Counted from the first letter of the stretch, positions 10,038-20,792 are shown. The stretch is 61,629 nucleotides of DNA from an uncultured cyanobacterium (GCA_963807635.1 CAWEDJ010000011.1:1-61629), one strand, 5' to 3'. The notes: a model not told the origin generated them from the letters alone. A program made the numbers and translations.

Positions 10038-11258
10038 ATGGTAAGTCATTTGATTTTGTGGTCGGCGATCGCGTTTTTGTCGGTGGTTTGGGTAGAGATT
10101 GTTCGAGATTGTTACCATGCCCTGGCCCATGTCTGGCAACCGTTGTATAAACTGCATGGCTGGCATCATCGGGTTTTTCGTCCTGATTTGTCGGTGACGA
10201 GTGAAGAAATTTATCGTAAGGCCCACTGGTATAACGATGTGCCAGAGGCGTTGGTGATGTTGATTTTTAGCTTTTTACCTGGACTGATTCTCTTCATTTG
10301 GGGTTTTGATTATGCCTGGGTCACGACTTTCGGCTCCCTGTATACCTCCAGTTTTTTAGTGACCGCGATCGCGAGGGGGACAGGTGTTCCCAATGCGGAT
10401 GAAATCACCGATTTAACCCATCGTCCAGGTCAATTTACGGAAATTCCTGCTCATTGGCGAGTGAATCGCACCTATCATTGGCGGCATCATTTTGATGATC
10501 AAAAGGCGTATTATTGTGGAACTTTAACTTTGGTGGATAAAATTTTGGGAACAGCACTTTCTTTAAAGGGAAAAACTATTGCCGTGACGGGTGCATCAGG
10601 AACCTTCGGTCAGGCACTTTTAAAATATTTATATCTCAGTGATTCCAAGATGATCGCGTTAACGTCTCAAGGGAATCCTGTGAGTATTGAAGTTAAGGGA
10701 AAAATGATTCCGATTAAAACCTTAACCTGGCAAATTGGCGAAGAAGATGCGTTAAAAGAGTTATTAGAAACCGTTGATATTTTAGTGATTAATCATGGGG
10801 TCAATGTCCATAGTCAACGCTCAGAAGAAGCGATTAATACGGCCTATGAAGTGAATACTTTTTCGGGTTTTCGTTTAATGGAGTTATTCTTGAAAACGGT
10901 CAAAACCAATAAACAAATTGCTACTAAGGAAGTTTGGGTTAATACCTCAGAAGCAGAAGTTAATCCCGCTTTTAGTCCGTTGTATGAATTAAGTAAACGT
11001 GCTTTGGGTGATTTAATCACGCTCCGTCGATTGGATGCGCCCTGTGTGATTCGGAAAGTAATTCTTGGCCCGTTTAAAAGTAATCTGAATCCTGTGGGGA
11101 TTATGTCGGCGGATTGGACAGCGAAACAAGTGGTTAAGGCGGCAAAAAGAGATAGTCGCAATATTATCGTGACGATTAATCCGATAACGTTTATTGCGTT
11201 CCCGATTAAAGAGTTTTTTGTCTCTTGGTATTTTCGGTTATTTACGAAAGCGAGTTGA
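10038..11258 (+). CDS. mgdE: Monoglucosyldiacylglycerol epimerase (sterol-desaturase-like / SDR fusion)
   Basis: His boxes HGWHH and YHWRHH, TGASGTFG, VWVNTSEAEVNPAFSPLYELSK. Confidence 0.88.
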   Translation: MVSHLILWSAIAFLSVVWVEIVRDCYHALAHVWQPLYKLHGWHHRVFRPDLSVTSEEIYRKAHWYNDVPEALVMLIFSFLPGLILFIWGFDYAWVTTFGSLYTSSFLVTAIARGTGVPNADEITDLTHRPGQFTEIPAHWRVNRTYHWRHHFDDQKAYYCGTLTLVDKILGTALSLKGKTIAVTGASGTFGQALLKYLYLSDSKMIALTSQGNPVSIEVKGKMIPIKTLTWQIGEEDALKELLETVDILVINHGVNVHSQRSEEAINTAYEVNTFSGFRLMELFLKTVKTNKQIATKEVWVNTSEAEVNPAFSPLYELSKRALGDLITLRRLDAPCVIRKVILGPFKSNLNPVGIMSADWTAKQVVKAAKRDSRNIIVTINPITFIAFPIKEFFVSWYFRLFTKAS

Positions 11259-11265
11259 GGTTTTT

Positions 11266-12594
11266 ATGAAAGTCAAACGCTTAGAGTTAAAAGGTTTTCG
11301 AGGATTTGATGAAATTGTCTTAGATTTTGATACAACTCCTCAAAGACCAACGGTTTTTATTGGGAATAATGGTGTTGGTAAATCGAGTATTTTAGATGCG
11401 TTGGCTATTTTTTTGTCTTGGTTTATTAACAGAGTTAGATATGATTCAACGAGTGAGAAACCAATTAAAAGCTTACACCATATAATGCCTGAGAATCAGC
11501 TTGCAAATGGTCAATACTTTGATGAAAATGATATTAAAAAAGGCTTTAATCTAGTTTTTGGAACCATTACAATTGATCATAAATTTGGGGATTATACGGA
11601 AATCAAATGGTCGTTACCAGAATCTTTATATAATCCGAATTTTTTTTCGTTAGATTTATTAACTCAATTAAGTACTAAAATCCATGAGGCAAAAAAACAA
11701 AATTTTGATGAAAGTTTACCTATTATTACTTATTATTCAGGAAGTCGATCCGTAGATAAATTTCGATTAGAAAGTCAAGACATTTTTGTAACAGAGACAA
11801 TAGATGCTTACAAGGATGCTCTTGCAGAAAGACCTATTAATTTCAAGTCTTTTTTTCAATGGTTTAGAAATATTGAAGACTTGGAGAATGAAAATATACG
11901 GGATGACCCTAATCATGAAGATAAACAATTGATAGCTGTTAGAAAAGCTATTCATGCTCTAATTCCTGAATTTGATAATTTGCGGGTAAGACGTAATCCG
12001 TTACGAATGACCGTTAATAAAACGATTGGTGATAAAGTCGAAGAATTAATCATTAATCAACTTTCTGATGGTGAAAAATGTCTATTGGCAATGGTCGGTG
12101 ATATCGCTCGTCGGTTGGCGATCGCGAATCCCAGTTTAGACGATCCCCTACAAGGAGAAGGAATTGTATTAATTGATGAAATAGAACTCCATTTACATCC
12201 CCAATGGCAACACAAAATTATTCCCCGCTTAACCGAAACCTTTCCCAATTGCCAATTTATAGTAACAACCCATTCTCCCCAGGTTCTCAGTCACGTTCAA
12301 CCTGAAAATATTTATATTTTACAATCCACACCTGATGGAATTATTGCCAGTCATCCCGAAAGTTCCTACGGCAGAGATAGCAATCAAATTCTAGAAAACG
12401 TAATGGGTGTTTCTGCCTATCCTGAAGACATTGAAAAAGATTTATCAGAACTTTTTCGACTAATTGATCGAAATGATTTAGTCGGAGCTAAACAACTACG
12501 GGAACAGCTTGCTTCGAGAATGCCAGGGCCATCTGATCCTCAATTAATAAAAGCTGGAGTAATCATTAAAGGTAAGGAGATTTTGGGTAAGTGA
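11266..12594 (+). CDS. AAA/ABC-type ATPase, PtuA/Septu-like
   Basis: Walker A GNNGVGKSS, signature LSDGEK, Walker B LIDEIELHLHP.WQ, TTHSPQV, YGRDSNQILE.VMG. Confidence 0.85.
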   Translation: MKVKRLELKGFRGFDEIVLDFDTTPQRPTVFIGNNGVGKSSILDALAIFLSWFINRVRYDSTSEKPIKSLHHIMPENQLANGQYFDENDIKKGFNLVFGTITIDHKFGDYTEIKWSLPESLYNPNFFSLDLLTQLSTKIHEAKKQNFDESLPIITYYSGSRSVDKFRLESQDIFVTETIDAYKDALAERPINFKSFFQWFRNIEDLENENIRDDPNHEDKQLIAVRKAIHALIPEFDNLRVRRNPLRMTVNKTIGDKVEELIINQLSDGEKCLLAMVGDIARRLAIANPSLDDPLQGEGIVLIDEIELHLHPQWQHKIIPRLTETFPNCQFIVTTHSPQVLSHVQPENIYILQSTPDGIIASHPESSYGRDSNQILENVMGVSAYPEDIEKDLSELFRLIDRNDLVGAKQLREQLASRMPGPSDPQLIKAGVIIKGKEILGK

Positions 12595-13274
12595 GATATA
12601 TTAAAAAACAAGAAACTCCACCAGCATTTACAGATTAGAAAGCTCAAGCAAATGAAGATTGGCAACCTTATTGGAATAGTAAAACTACTAATTTTCAAAA
12701 TCCAGAAAAACGGATCGTTCATGAATCTCTGTTAAAAGAACAAGGCTATATTTGTTGTTATTGCCAACGACAAATTGATCTCAATAATAGCCATATTGAA
12801 CACTTTAAACCGAAAGATGAGAATTGTTATCCCGAACTATCCCTAGAATATTCTAATTTTTTAGCTTCTTGCCAAAAAGAAAAGGATGATAAAGCTCAAA
12901 ATTAACAAGAAAATCCTGTTCATTGTGGCCACTTAAAAGGTAATTGGTACGATGAAAATTTGACCATTTCTCCTTTACAAGAAGACTGTAACGAATATTT
13001 TACTTACACTGCTTTTGGGGATATTTTACCTAGTGAAGATGATGAAAAAAAAGAATCTGCTAAAATCACTATTGAAAAATTAGGCTTAAATATTCCTAAG
13101 TTGAAAGGTGAAAGACGAGGAGCGATTGAAGGACTTCAAGAACTTTTACAACAAGTAGGAAATAGTAAAGAAACTCTTGAAATATTAATTAAAAATTATG
13201 ATCAAGTAAACGAAGAAGGTTATTTTAATGAATTTTGTGAAGTATTAATCTATTTTTTGAAGCAGTACATTTAG
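12591..13274 (+). pseudogene. PtuB-like / TIGR02646 HNH endonuclease with two in-frame stops
   Basis: GTG start overlaps ATPase stop. MRYIKK...LLKEQGYICCYCQ...SHIEHFKPK...FLASC...HCGHLKGN; TAG at 12636-12638 and TAA at 12903-12905, frame otherwise continuous. Confidence 0.8.
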
Positions 13275-13323
13275 CGATCGCTTTGCTCTTATCCCGTTGA
13301 AGTTAAATTAATAACATTAATTT

Positions 13324-14541
13324 TTAGACTCGATATTTTTCAATATCAACTGTTTGATTTGTTTTGGGAATTCGTAAATAAAAGTTATTGTTTCTTTCGT
13401 GAATATGAATATGCCAATAGATTTTGCCTTCTTTTTCTGTCGTGCAAAGATTGTCTTTTTCATTCTGAATGATTTTTAAAGGAACGGAAAAAGTATTGTC
13501 TTCACTTCCACAGCTATAAACAACATAAGATTCTTTAAAATAATTCAAAAAATTTTCTTGTTTAGGATGAAATACAAACCAATATTTCGTGCCTAATTTC
13601 TCTAAATATACTTTAGAAATGCAAAAAACGAATCCTTTCTGTTGATCAGGGGTTTGATAACCTATTCGACTTTTTTTTACTAAATTTATATTAAGACTTA
13701 ATTCTATTTTTTGAAGGCATTTTTCATGAAAATTAACACGAGATGTTGCTGAAGTTTTTTCTATCTTTTTTTGATTTTCTTCATTTATTTGATGTTCTTG
13801 TTTATCATTTTCCTCAAATTCAGAATCGATTTCAGGATAGTCTATTGTTTCAGATTGAATATCTTGAGTTGTTTCAAAAACAATTTCGATCAGTTTATCT
13901 AAACGAGTAAATTCTAAAGGTCGTAAAATCTCACTAATTTGCTTAATCGTCTTTTCGTCGTCTAATTTTTCCTTTAATTGAACTAATTTCATTAAAGAAT
14001 CTACACTAATTAATCGAAAATCCCAACCATAGCGACTTCCCCTAATTTGTGCTTCTAAGTCTCCCGTATCTTTTCTTCCAACAATAATTAAAATAGACGA
14101 AGTTTCAGAAATTCGCTTTTGTTCGACTAATTTACGTTTATAATTATAAATATGATTAAGATTAATTCGGTAAGCATCAGTTGTTTTGACTTCGACAATA
14201 ATACTATTTTCCTGATTAAGATCCCAGATTCCATCATAACCAATTGTATTTTTGGAACCTTGATAAAGCCCATACTCAACTTTAAAATCTAAACGTTTAC
14301 CCGCTTGATTAATAATATCCTGTAAAACTAAACCACTATTATCAAATTTATCATCTAGACATTCATTAGCATATTTAACCAGATATTCCGTTGGAATAAC
14401 CGATAATAATTCGCGAAATTCTTGGCAAGTCTCATTATTATTCCTAAGTTTTCCATCTCCTGCAAAAGATAAAACTTGACGAATCGATTTATCTAAAATT
14501 AATTGCTTATTTTGCTTATATATTTCTAAGATAGATGACAT
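13324..14541 (-). CDS. Restriction-endonuclease-like (Mrr/PD-(D/E)XK) protein
   Basis: LQD...RLDFKVEYG...GYDGIW...IIVEVKTT catalytic pattern, acidic linker, second C-terminal domain. Confidence 0.65.
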   Translation of the reverse strand: MSSILEIYKQNKQLILDKSIRQVLSFAGDGKLRNNNETCQEFRELLSVIPTEYLVKYANECLDDKFDNSGLVLQDIINQAGKRLDFKVEYGLYQGSKNTIGYDGIWDLNQENSIIVEVKTTDAYRINLNHIYNYKRKLVEQKRISETSSILIIVGRKDTGDLEAQIRGSRYGWDFRLISVDSLMKLVQLKEKLDDEKTIKQISEILRPLEFTRLDKLIEIVFETTQDIQSETIDYPEIDSEFEENDKQEHQINEENQKKIEKTSATSRVNFHEKCLQKIELSLNINLVKKSRIGYQTPDQQKGFVFCISKVYLEKLGTKYWFVFHPKQENFLNYFKESYVVYSCGSEDNTFSVPLKIIQNEKDNLCTTEKEGKIYWHIHIHERNNNFYLRIPKTNQTVDIEKYRV

Positions 14542-14639
14542 TTTAGGCAGAAGTTAAAATTAATCAAAAAGACAGATTAAATGGGTTTATAGAGAGATTT
14601 TTTTAGTGAAAATGTTTCTCCATAAACCTCATCTATTGT

Positions 14640-15839
14640 TTAAATTGTATCAAAAGGAGAAGGTTGATCAATCACTTCATGCCAAGGTAAACCCAACGGG
14701 CCAAGTAATTCCATAAAGGGATCGGGATCAAACTCTTCCACATTAAAAACCCCTGATTTTTTCCATAAACCCTTAATCACCATCAAAGCCCCAATGACTG
14801 CTGGAACCCCCGTTGTATAGGAAATTCCCTGGGAACCGACTTCTTGATAACAAGCCGCATGATCGCAATTATTGTAAACATAATATTTACGCACCTTGCC
14901 ATCCTTAATTCCTTCAATCCAACAACCAATGGAAGTTTGCCCTGTGTAATCTTCTGCTAGGGAAGAAGGTTCGGGTAAAACTGCTTTTAGGAATTGTAAA
15001 GGAACGATTTTTTGCCCTTGATATTCGACTTCATCAATACGAGTCATGCCCACCGCTTCCAATACTCGTAAATGATTAATATAAGCTTCCGAAAAAGTCA
15101 TCCAGAATCGCGCTCGCTTTAAACCAGGAATATTTTTGACGAGAGATTCTAACTCTTCGTGATAAAGCAAATAGGATTCCTTTTCACCAATTTCAGGATA
15201 GGGAATGGGGTAATGAACAGAAAGCGGATCAATTTCTTTCCATTCGCCATTTTCGTAATAGCGGCCTCGTTGCGTGATTTCTCGAATATTAATTTCAGGA
15301 TTAAAATTAGTCGCAAACGCCTTGCCGTGACTGCCCGCATTGCAATCGATAATATCTAGGGTGTGAATTTCGTCAAAGTAATGTTTGAGAGCATAGGCAG
15401 TAAAAACTCCCGTTACACCTGGGTCAAAACCACACCCAAGAATCGCCGTTAAACCTGCTTCTTTGAAACGATCCTGATAGGCCCACTGCCAACTATATTC
15501 AAATTTAGCCACATCGGGCGGTTCATAATTAGCAGTATCCAGATAATCTACCCCTGCTTCGAGACAAGCATCCATGAGAGCGAGATCCTGATAGGGAAGG
15601 GCTACGTTGATTAAAATATCGGGCTGAAAATCCTTGAGTAATTTGACGGTATTACTGGCAATATCCGCATCCAGGGCGGCAGTTTTCACCTTAGGAGAAC
15701 CAATATGAGCCGCGATCGCCTCACATTTAGCAACGGTGCGACTAGCCAAAAGAATCTCAGAAAATTCTGCCTGAGCCGCACATTTATGGGCCACTACACT
15801 ACCGACCCCGCCCGCACCAACAATCATGACTCGTGCCAT
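14640..15839 (-). CDS. Saccharopine dehydrogenase family / carboxy(nor)spermidine synthase
   Basis: GAGGVG, NVALPYQDL, YLDTANYEP, GCGFDPG, FATNFNPEINIREI. Confidence 0.9.
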   Translation of the reverse strand: MARVMIVGAGGVGSVVAHKCAAQAEFSEILLASRTVAKCEAIAAHIGSPKVKTAALDADIASNTVKLLKDFQPDILINVALPYQDLALMDACLEAGVDYLDTANYEPPDVAKFEYSWQWAYQDRFKEAGLTAILGCGFDPGVTGVFTAYALKHYFDEIHTLDIIDCNAGSHGKAFATNFNPEINIREITQRGRYYENGEWKEIDPLSVHYPIPYPEIGEKESYLLYHEELESLVKNIPGLKRARFWMTFSEAYINHLRVLEAVGMTRIDEVEYQGQKIVPLQFLKAVLPEPSSLAEDYTGQTSIGCWIEGIKDGKVRKYYVYNNCDHAACYQEVGSQGISYTTGVPAVIGALMVIKGLWKKSGVFNVEEFDPDPFMELLGPLGLPWHEVIDQPSPFDTI

Positions 15840-15921
15840 AGTTTCTCCTCAATTTGTATTTATTTCTGATAAAAAGTAAGGACATAAACCGCGTCTAAAT
15901 TGACCCCCGTAGTTTGGAAGA

Positions 15922-16007
15922 TCGCCCCCTAAATCCCCCAATACTGGGGGACTTTGAACTCAGAAAGGTTGTAAACTCCCCCCAAAATTGGGGGGCTGGG
16001 GGGGCGA
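15922..16007. repeat. Cyanobacterial small dispersed palindromic repeat / MITE-like element
   Basis: TCGCCCCC...GGGGGCGA termini enclose two CCCCCAA..TGGGGG hairpins; the first 32 nt recur in cobN. Confidence 0.75.
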
Positions 16008-16072
16008 AAAAACTTTAGCTCTCAAACTAGACGGAATTTAGTATATTGTGTCCCTACGAAAATTTTTATTTC

Positions 16073-17557
16073 CTAGCCCAATACCCAATTGACGAGGGTA
16101 CGCACAGGAAAACCCGTCGCGCCTGAATTATTGACCCCAGATTCCTTGTCTGCCCAGACTGGCCCTGCTACGTCTAAATGTACCCAGGGAGTTTTTTCGA
16201 CAAATTGCTTGAGGAACAAAGCGGCGGTAATGGAACCTCCCGATCGCGGCCCAGTGTTTTTCATGTCGGCAATGGGAGATTTCAAACCTTCAAAATATTT
16301 TTCTTCCATCGGCATTTCCCAGAATTTTTCCCCTGCATTTTCCGAGGCGGTTTTAATCTGAGCAATCAGGGTTTCATCGGTTCCCCAGAGTCCCGCAATG
16401 TCATCCCCCAAGGCAACAATACAAGCTCCTGTTAACGTTGCCAAATCCACGATCGCATCTACTTCTAATTTTTCAGCAAAAACGAGGGCATCGGCTAACG
16501 TCAGACGACCTTCAGCATCGGTATTATTCACTTCAATGGTTTTGCCGTTGGATGCCTTTAAAATATCACCAGGACGCATGGCCCGACCACTAATCATATT
16601 TTCCGTTGCGGCACAGATAAAATGCACTTCGGCGGAGGGTTTTAATTGGGCGATCGCTTTTGCGGCTCCCAGGGTTGCGGCTCCTCCTCCCATATCCATC
16701 TTCATGGTTTCGATGCCACTACCGACTCCTTTAATATTTAAACCGCCCGAATCAAAGGTCAAACTTTTACCGACAATGGCCAGTTTGCGGCTGGGTGTTC
16801 CTTCAGGATGGTAAGTTAAATGAATAAATTTAGGCGGTAATTCAGAAGCCCTGGCAACGCCGAGAAAGGAACCCATACCGAGTTTTTCACAATCTTCCTG
16901 TTCCAGAATTTCGATACTTAAACCGTAATCTTTTGCGATCGCCTGAGCCGTTTCCGCCATCGTAATCGCCGTCACTTCATTGGCAGGAGCGGCCACGAGT
17001 TCCCTGGCTAAAATAACTCCTGAAACGACTTTTTTTGCCTGGGCGATCGCTTCATTCTGTTCACCGAGAGCAAGTAACTCGATGGTTTCCAATGTTAAAG
17101 TTTTATCTTCAGGGTCGGATTTAAAGCGATTATCTTGATGGAGAGCCAGTAAAATTCCTTCCGCGATCGCTTCTGCTGTCTTGCTTTCATTCTGTTCGAC
17201 TAACGGCAGACTAATTCCCAAAGTTTTGACTTTTTCTTTTTTGGCAAGTCTCGCGATCGCGGCCGCCGCCGTTCCTAAATTGCCCCGCTTAAAACCTTCA
17301 ATTTTTCCTAAACCAATCAAGATCACCTTACGAATGGGAGTATTAGACCCCACACGAGTCACACATTTTTGACCCGTTTTTCCTGTAAATTCGGTTTCAG
17401 CCATTAATTCCTGTAGCGTTCCGCCGAGTTTTTCATCCAGGTGGGCTAAATCTCCCGTAATCTCTACCGCATTTTCAAAGAAACCCAAGGCGATCGCGTC
17501 GCCTAACCAATGTAAGGGTGAGTGATCTGTACCGCGAATTTGCATCGATTTGACCAT
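16073..17557 (-). CDS. pepA: Leucyl aminopeptidase (M17)
   Basis: [25 protein letters not shown]. Confidence 0.95.
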   Translation of the reverse strand: MVKSMQIRGTDHSPLHWLGDAIALGFFENAVEITGDLAHLDEKLGGTLQELMAETEFTGKTGQKCVTRVGSNTPIRKVILIGLGKIEGFKRGNLGTAAAAIARLAKKEKVKTLGISLPLVEQNESKTAEAIAEGILLALHQDNRFKSDPEDKTLTLETIELLALGEQNEAIAQAKKVVSGVILARELVAAPANEVTAITMAETAQAIAKDYGLSIEILEQEDCEKLGMGSFLGVARASELPPKFIHLTYHPEGTPSRKLAIVGKSLTFDSGGLNIKGVGSGIETMKMDMGGGAATLGAAKAIAQLKPSAEVHFICAATENMISGRAMRPGDILKASNGKTIEVNNTDAEGRLTLADALVFAEKLEVDAIVDLATLTGACIVALGDDIAGLWGTDETLIAQIKTASENAGEKFWEMPMEEKYFEGLKSPIADMKNTGPRSGGSITAALFLKQFVEKTPWVHLDVAGPVWADKESGVNNSGATGFPVRTLVNWVLG

Positions 17558-17630
17558 TTTTATGAGTACTGTTCGACTCCTATTGTAGCCCCTTCCCAGG
17601 TTTGACCGATTTCAAACTTGAGTTTTTTTT

Positions 17631-18470
17631 CTAGCGTGAACCACGATAAATCCGTTCAGCTTGGTCACTGGGAAGATGGGTATAGCCTGGTAAGGGAGAA
17701 GACGGGCTTGACTTCTCAGAGGAAGGGGCTTTTCCATTCCCATTCCCATTCTCAGTTTGTTTTGGTTTATTGCCTCCGACCGTTGGAACACACTGATTTA
17801 AAAGATTACAGCCAGGATAAAGATTGTATTCAGGTTCGGGAACCGACAAGGTACTTTGGGGGGGGACAAAATCGTGGAGAACCCCATCGTAGGCAAGCAC
17901 TTCTCCTGTTTCAATTTGATAAATCCAACCGTACAACCTCAATTTTCCCTGACGTAAGCGAGAACGCACGATGGGATAGGTCTGAAGGTTTTCCAATTGA
18001 TTAAGAACATTTTCGGCGGTGGTGATGGCCATCAGTTCTTCTCCTTCCAAGTCTTTGTAATTATCTTTAACGACTCGACGAGTGGCTTCTGCGTGTTTGA
18101 GCCAATCATAGACCAGGGGCATATTTTCTTGCAGGCTATTAAGTTTTAGCAAGCCCTTCATGGCTCCGCAGTTGGAATGACCACAAACAATAACTTCTTC
18201 GATATTCAACGCCGCGATCGCGTATTCCAGAGAAGCTCCTTCCCCTCCATTAGCGGCTCCGTAGGGAGGAATCATATTACCTGCATTCCGAATAATAAAC
18301 AGTTCCCCCACCTCAGTCTGGGTAATCAAGTTGGGGTCAATACGAGAGTCGGAACAGGTGATAAAAAGAATACGGGGGTGCTGGCCGTGGGAAAGTTGCT
18401 CAAATAGATCCTTATGGGCGTTAAAGTAACCCGATTTGAACTTTTGTATCCCTTCAATCAGTTTTTTCAT
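17631..18470 (-). CDS. ccaA: Beta-carbonic anhydrase, carboxysomal CcaA/IcfA type
   Basis: CSDSR, RNAGN, CGHSNCGAM; C-terminal extension ending QAERIYRGSR. Confidence 0.88.
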   Translation of the reverse strand: MKKLIEGIQKFKSGYFNAHKDLFEQLSHGQHPRILFITCSDSRIDPNLITQTEVGELFIIRNAGNMIPPYGAANGGEGASLEYAIAALNIEEVIVCGHSNCGAMKGLLKLNSLQENMPLVYDWLKHAEATRRVVKDNYKDLEGEELMAITTAENVLNQLENLQTYPIVRSRLRQGKLRLYGWIYQIETGEVLAYDGVLHDFVPPQSTLSVPEPEYNLYPGCNLLNQCVPTVGGNKPKQTENGNGNGKAPSSEKSSPSSPLPGYTHLPSDQAERIYRGSR

Positions 18471-18543
18471 GGAGCGCGGCGCGGGTGAAATGTGGCTAAT
18501 CTTACCATTGTACGGGAAAGCCAGATGATTGAGTAACAAACCA

Positions 18544-18615
18544 AGCGGGAGATGGGACTCGAACCCACGACATTCACCTTGGGAAGGTGACGTTCTACCA
18601 CTGAACTACACCCGC
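18544..18615 (-). tRNA. tRNA-Gly(CCC)
   Basis: GCGGGTG acceptor stem, TCACC-TTCCCAA-GGTGA anticodon arm, GGTTCGAGTCC T-arm; no encoded CCA. Confidence 0.95.
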
Positions 18616-18649
18616 ATATCCCGATAATATCATAATAGTCAAACGGTCT

Positions 18650-19219
18650 TTAATCGGGAGGCGATTGCCCTCGTCTGTTAGCTGAAGCTAAACTTCGCCA
18701 CTTACCCGAACTGCGTACAGCTAACCAAAATAGTAACATGGCAATTAATCCGCCATTGATAGGAGCGGTAAAGGCAAAAAGAATTAAAAGGACGCATAAA
18801 ACGTCTTCTAGAAAAGCGGCCCAAAGCGGAATACCCCGTAGTTGAAAAAACCAGCCCATTTGAACAAGTTTTAGTAATAGGGCAAACAATCCTCCCAACA
18901 CCGAAATTAACCAAAGGGGGTGGAGCTGAAGATTCGCCATTTTGATGACCGCGATCACAATAATGCCGCCGACAAAGGGGGTAAACAAAAGTTGAATAAT
19001 CTGTAAAACCCGTTGACCTAATAATTGTTTTGAAGCAAAAAGTTCAAAAAGAGACCAACTCGTGAGAATAGCGACTAGAACCTGGGGATTAATGGTAGAC
19101 AAAATCGGAACTTGATCCCAAAGATCTTGATGCAATAAACCAATAATTAATAGCGGTAACGCGATTCTCATACCCACTGCGGCGGAAGCGGATAATATCG
19201 CCAACAACTCAACAATCAT
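18650..19219 (-). CDS. DUF4126-like membrane protein
   Basis: LSASAAVGMRIALPLL, multiple TM helices, FLED motif. Confidence 0.65.
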   Translation of the reverse strand: MIVELLAILSASAAVGMRIALPLLIIGLLHQDLWDQVPILSTINPQVLVAILTSWSLFELFASKQLLGQRVLQIIQLLFTPFVGGIIVIAVIKMANLQLHPLWLISVLGGLFALLLKLVQMGWFFQLRGIPLWAAFLEDVLCVLLILFAFTAPINGGLIAMLLFWLAVRSSGKWRSLASANRRGQSPPD

Positions 19220-19296
19220 TGTTATAAAAAATATTAAATAGGATTCAAAAAAAAAGCGATCACCGACTCATCGAGAAATGAGTGAAAAACGGAGGA

Positions 19297-20792
19297 TTAG
19301 GTCGGAGAGGTCGGATTTTTCAGTAACGTTGTATCAGATGGCTCGATTTCCTCTGGATGGATATTTGCTCTCGGCATAAATTCGGGTAAAAAACTTTGCT
19401 CCGTTAGGGTTCCATCGGTCGGTGTTCAAAGACTTCTGCGATCGGAAAAGTTGCCAGGGAAGTATTTTCTTCGGTAATTTCTGTTGGATCACCAACGGGC
19501 AGCCAACCTAGTAAAAATAGGGGTAGGAGAGTAGAAAAATTGGTAATAGTGATTAATAGCCACATATTATCAAAATTAGTTTCACTGACACCCAGCCAAT
19601 CGGTCAGGAGCGCACCGAATTCCGAAGAAACGAGTCCCGATAAATTCCAAATTGACATTAACAAGGCAAATAAAGTGGCTTCAATCCCTGGAGGACAGAG
19701 ACGGGCAGAAAGCACTAAAACAGGCATAAAGGCGATTTGGCAGATCACCGTCAAAATCAAACTATCTCCCAAACTAAACCAATGGTCATCAATCCCGATC
19801 GCCCGATTAGCGTGGGTGACGAGGAGCAGGGTCGTTAATCCCAAAAGACAGGAAATGACCGTACTCCAACCCAGAATTTGCCGAAAAGGAATCGTTTTTA
19901 AAAATTTTTGGTAAATCCCAATACCGACCAACGCCGCAAAACTGCTCACCAAGCGGACTTGTCCTAAAAATTCGGGTTCAAAGCCAAGTTCATTAGTGGT
20001 AAAGAAAAAGAAAGCAGAATCGGCACTAGGAGTCGCTTGCCAAAGAAAGACAAAAATAGTCGGCAAAAGAATGGATTTTTGGCTCATTGCTTGCCAAACC
20101 TGTCGAACTTGATTTCCAATGGGAATCGCCGACGGACTTGATTTGTCCGTTGATTTTTCCTCGGCAATCAGCCCCGCGACGAGGATAACAATGAGGGGAA
20201 AAAAAGACGTAATCGTGAAAACCGTGCGAGTGCTGACGTGTTCTAACAGAAAACCACTAAAGTAAGCCGTAATTAGCCCCCCGATCGCCGAAATTCCCCA
20301 GGTCAAAGATTGGAGGGAACCCGCCCGTCCGAGAGATTCTTTTCTAGCCCGCTCTACCACGAGGGAATCAACGATCACATCACTCATAGCCACCGAGAGG
20401 GAACTAACCAATAACGTCAAGGTCGCGGCCACCATCGTATGAACCAGATTTGCCATACAGAGCCAGGAGAGCGTCCCCAACACTCCTGATAAAACTAAAT
20501 AGGGACGGCGACGATACCCGAAAATCGGCAAACCATCGGATAAAAAACCAAATAAAGGCTTGAGAATCCAAGGAATAGCGGCAGCTTCCATCAAGGCCCC
20601 CATTTGGGCAGGGGTAAATCCAAGTTCATCTTTCAGAAAAAAACTGACAGCCAATCGTGCTAACCCCAAAACGCCCTGGACAAAATAGACGCTGAGTATG
20701 GCGAGTAATTCGGTGCTGGGTTCGTTGCCAAACAACAGATTTTTTTGAAGACCGACTTTTAGTTTTTCGCGGTGAGCGGCAGAAACAATCAT
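19297..20792 (-). CDS. Folate/biopterin (BT1) MFS transporter; probable frameshift near 19410
   Basis: YFVQGVLGLARLAVSFFLKD, PW.LKPLFG, ARLCPPGIEATLFA; alternative frame continues TLTEQSFLPEF... to a stop at 19297. Confidence 0.88.

Noticed and set aside
12636..12905. Stop-codon recoding or alternative genetic code in the HNH gene
   Set aside because: The two stops differ (TAG and TAA) and both are used as normal stops across the window
11266..14541. Complete retron (Ec78-like) system
   Set aside because: No reverse transcriptase ORF or room for msr-msd next to the ATPase/HNH pair
16089..17372. Antisense and alternate-frame ORFs over pepA, and similar short ORFs over other genes
   Set aside because: Shadow ORFs of well-supported genes with no recognisable motifs
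18544..18615. tRNA-Gly as an island integration site
   Set aside because: No integrase and no duplicated tRNA 3' end seen; flanks are ordinary genes
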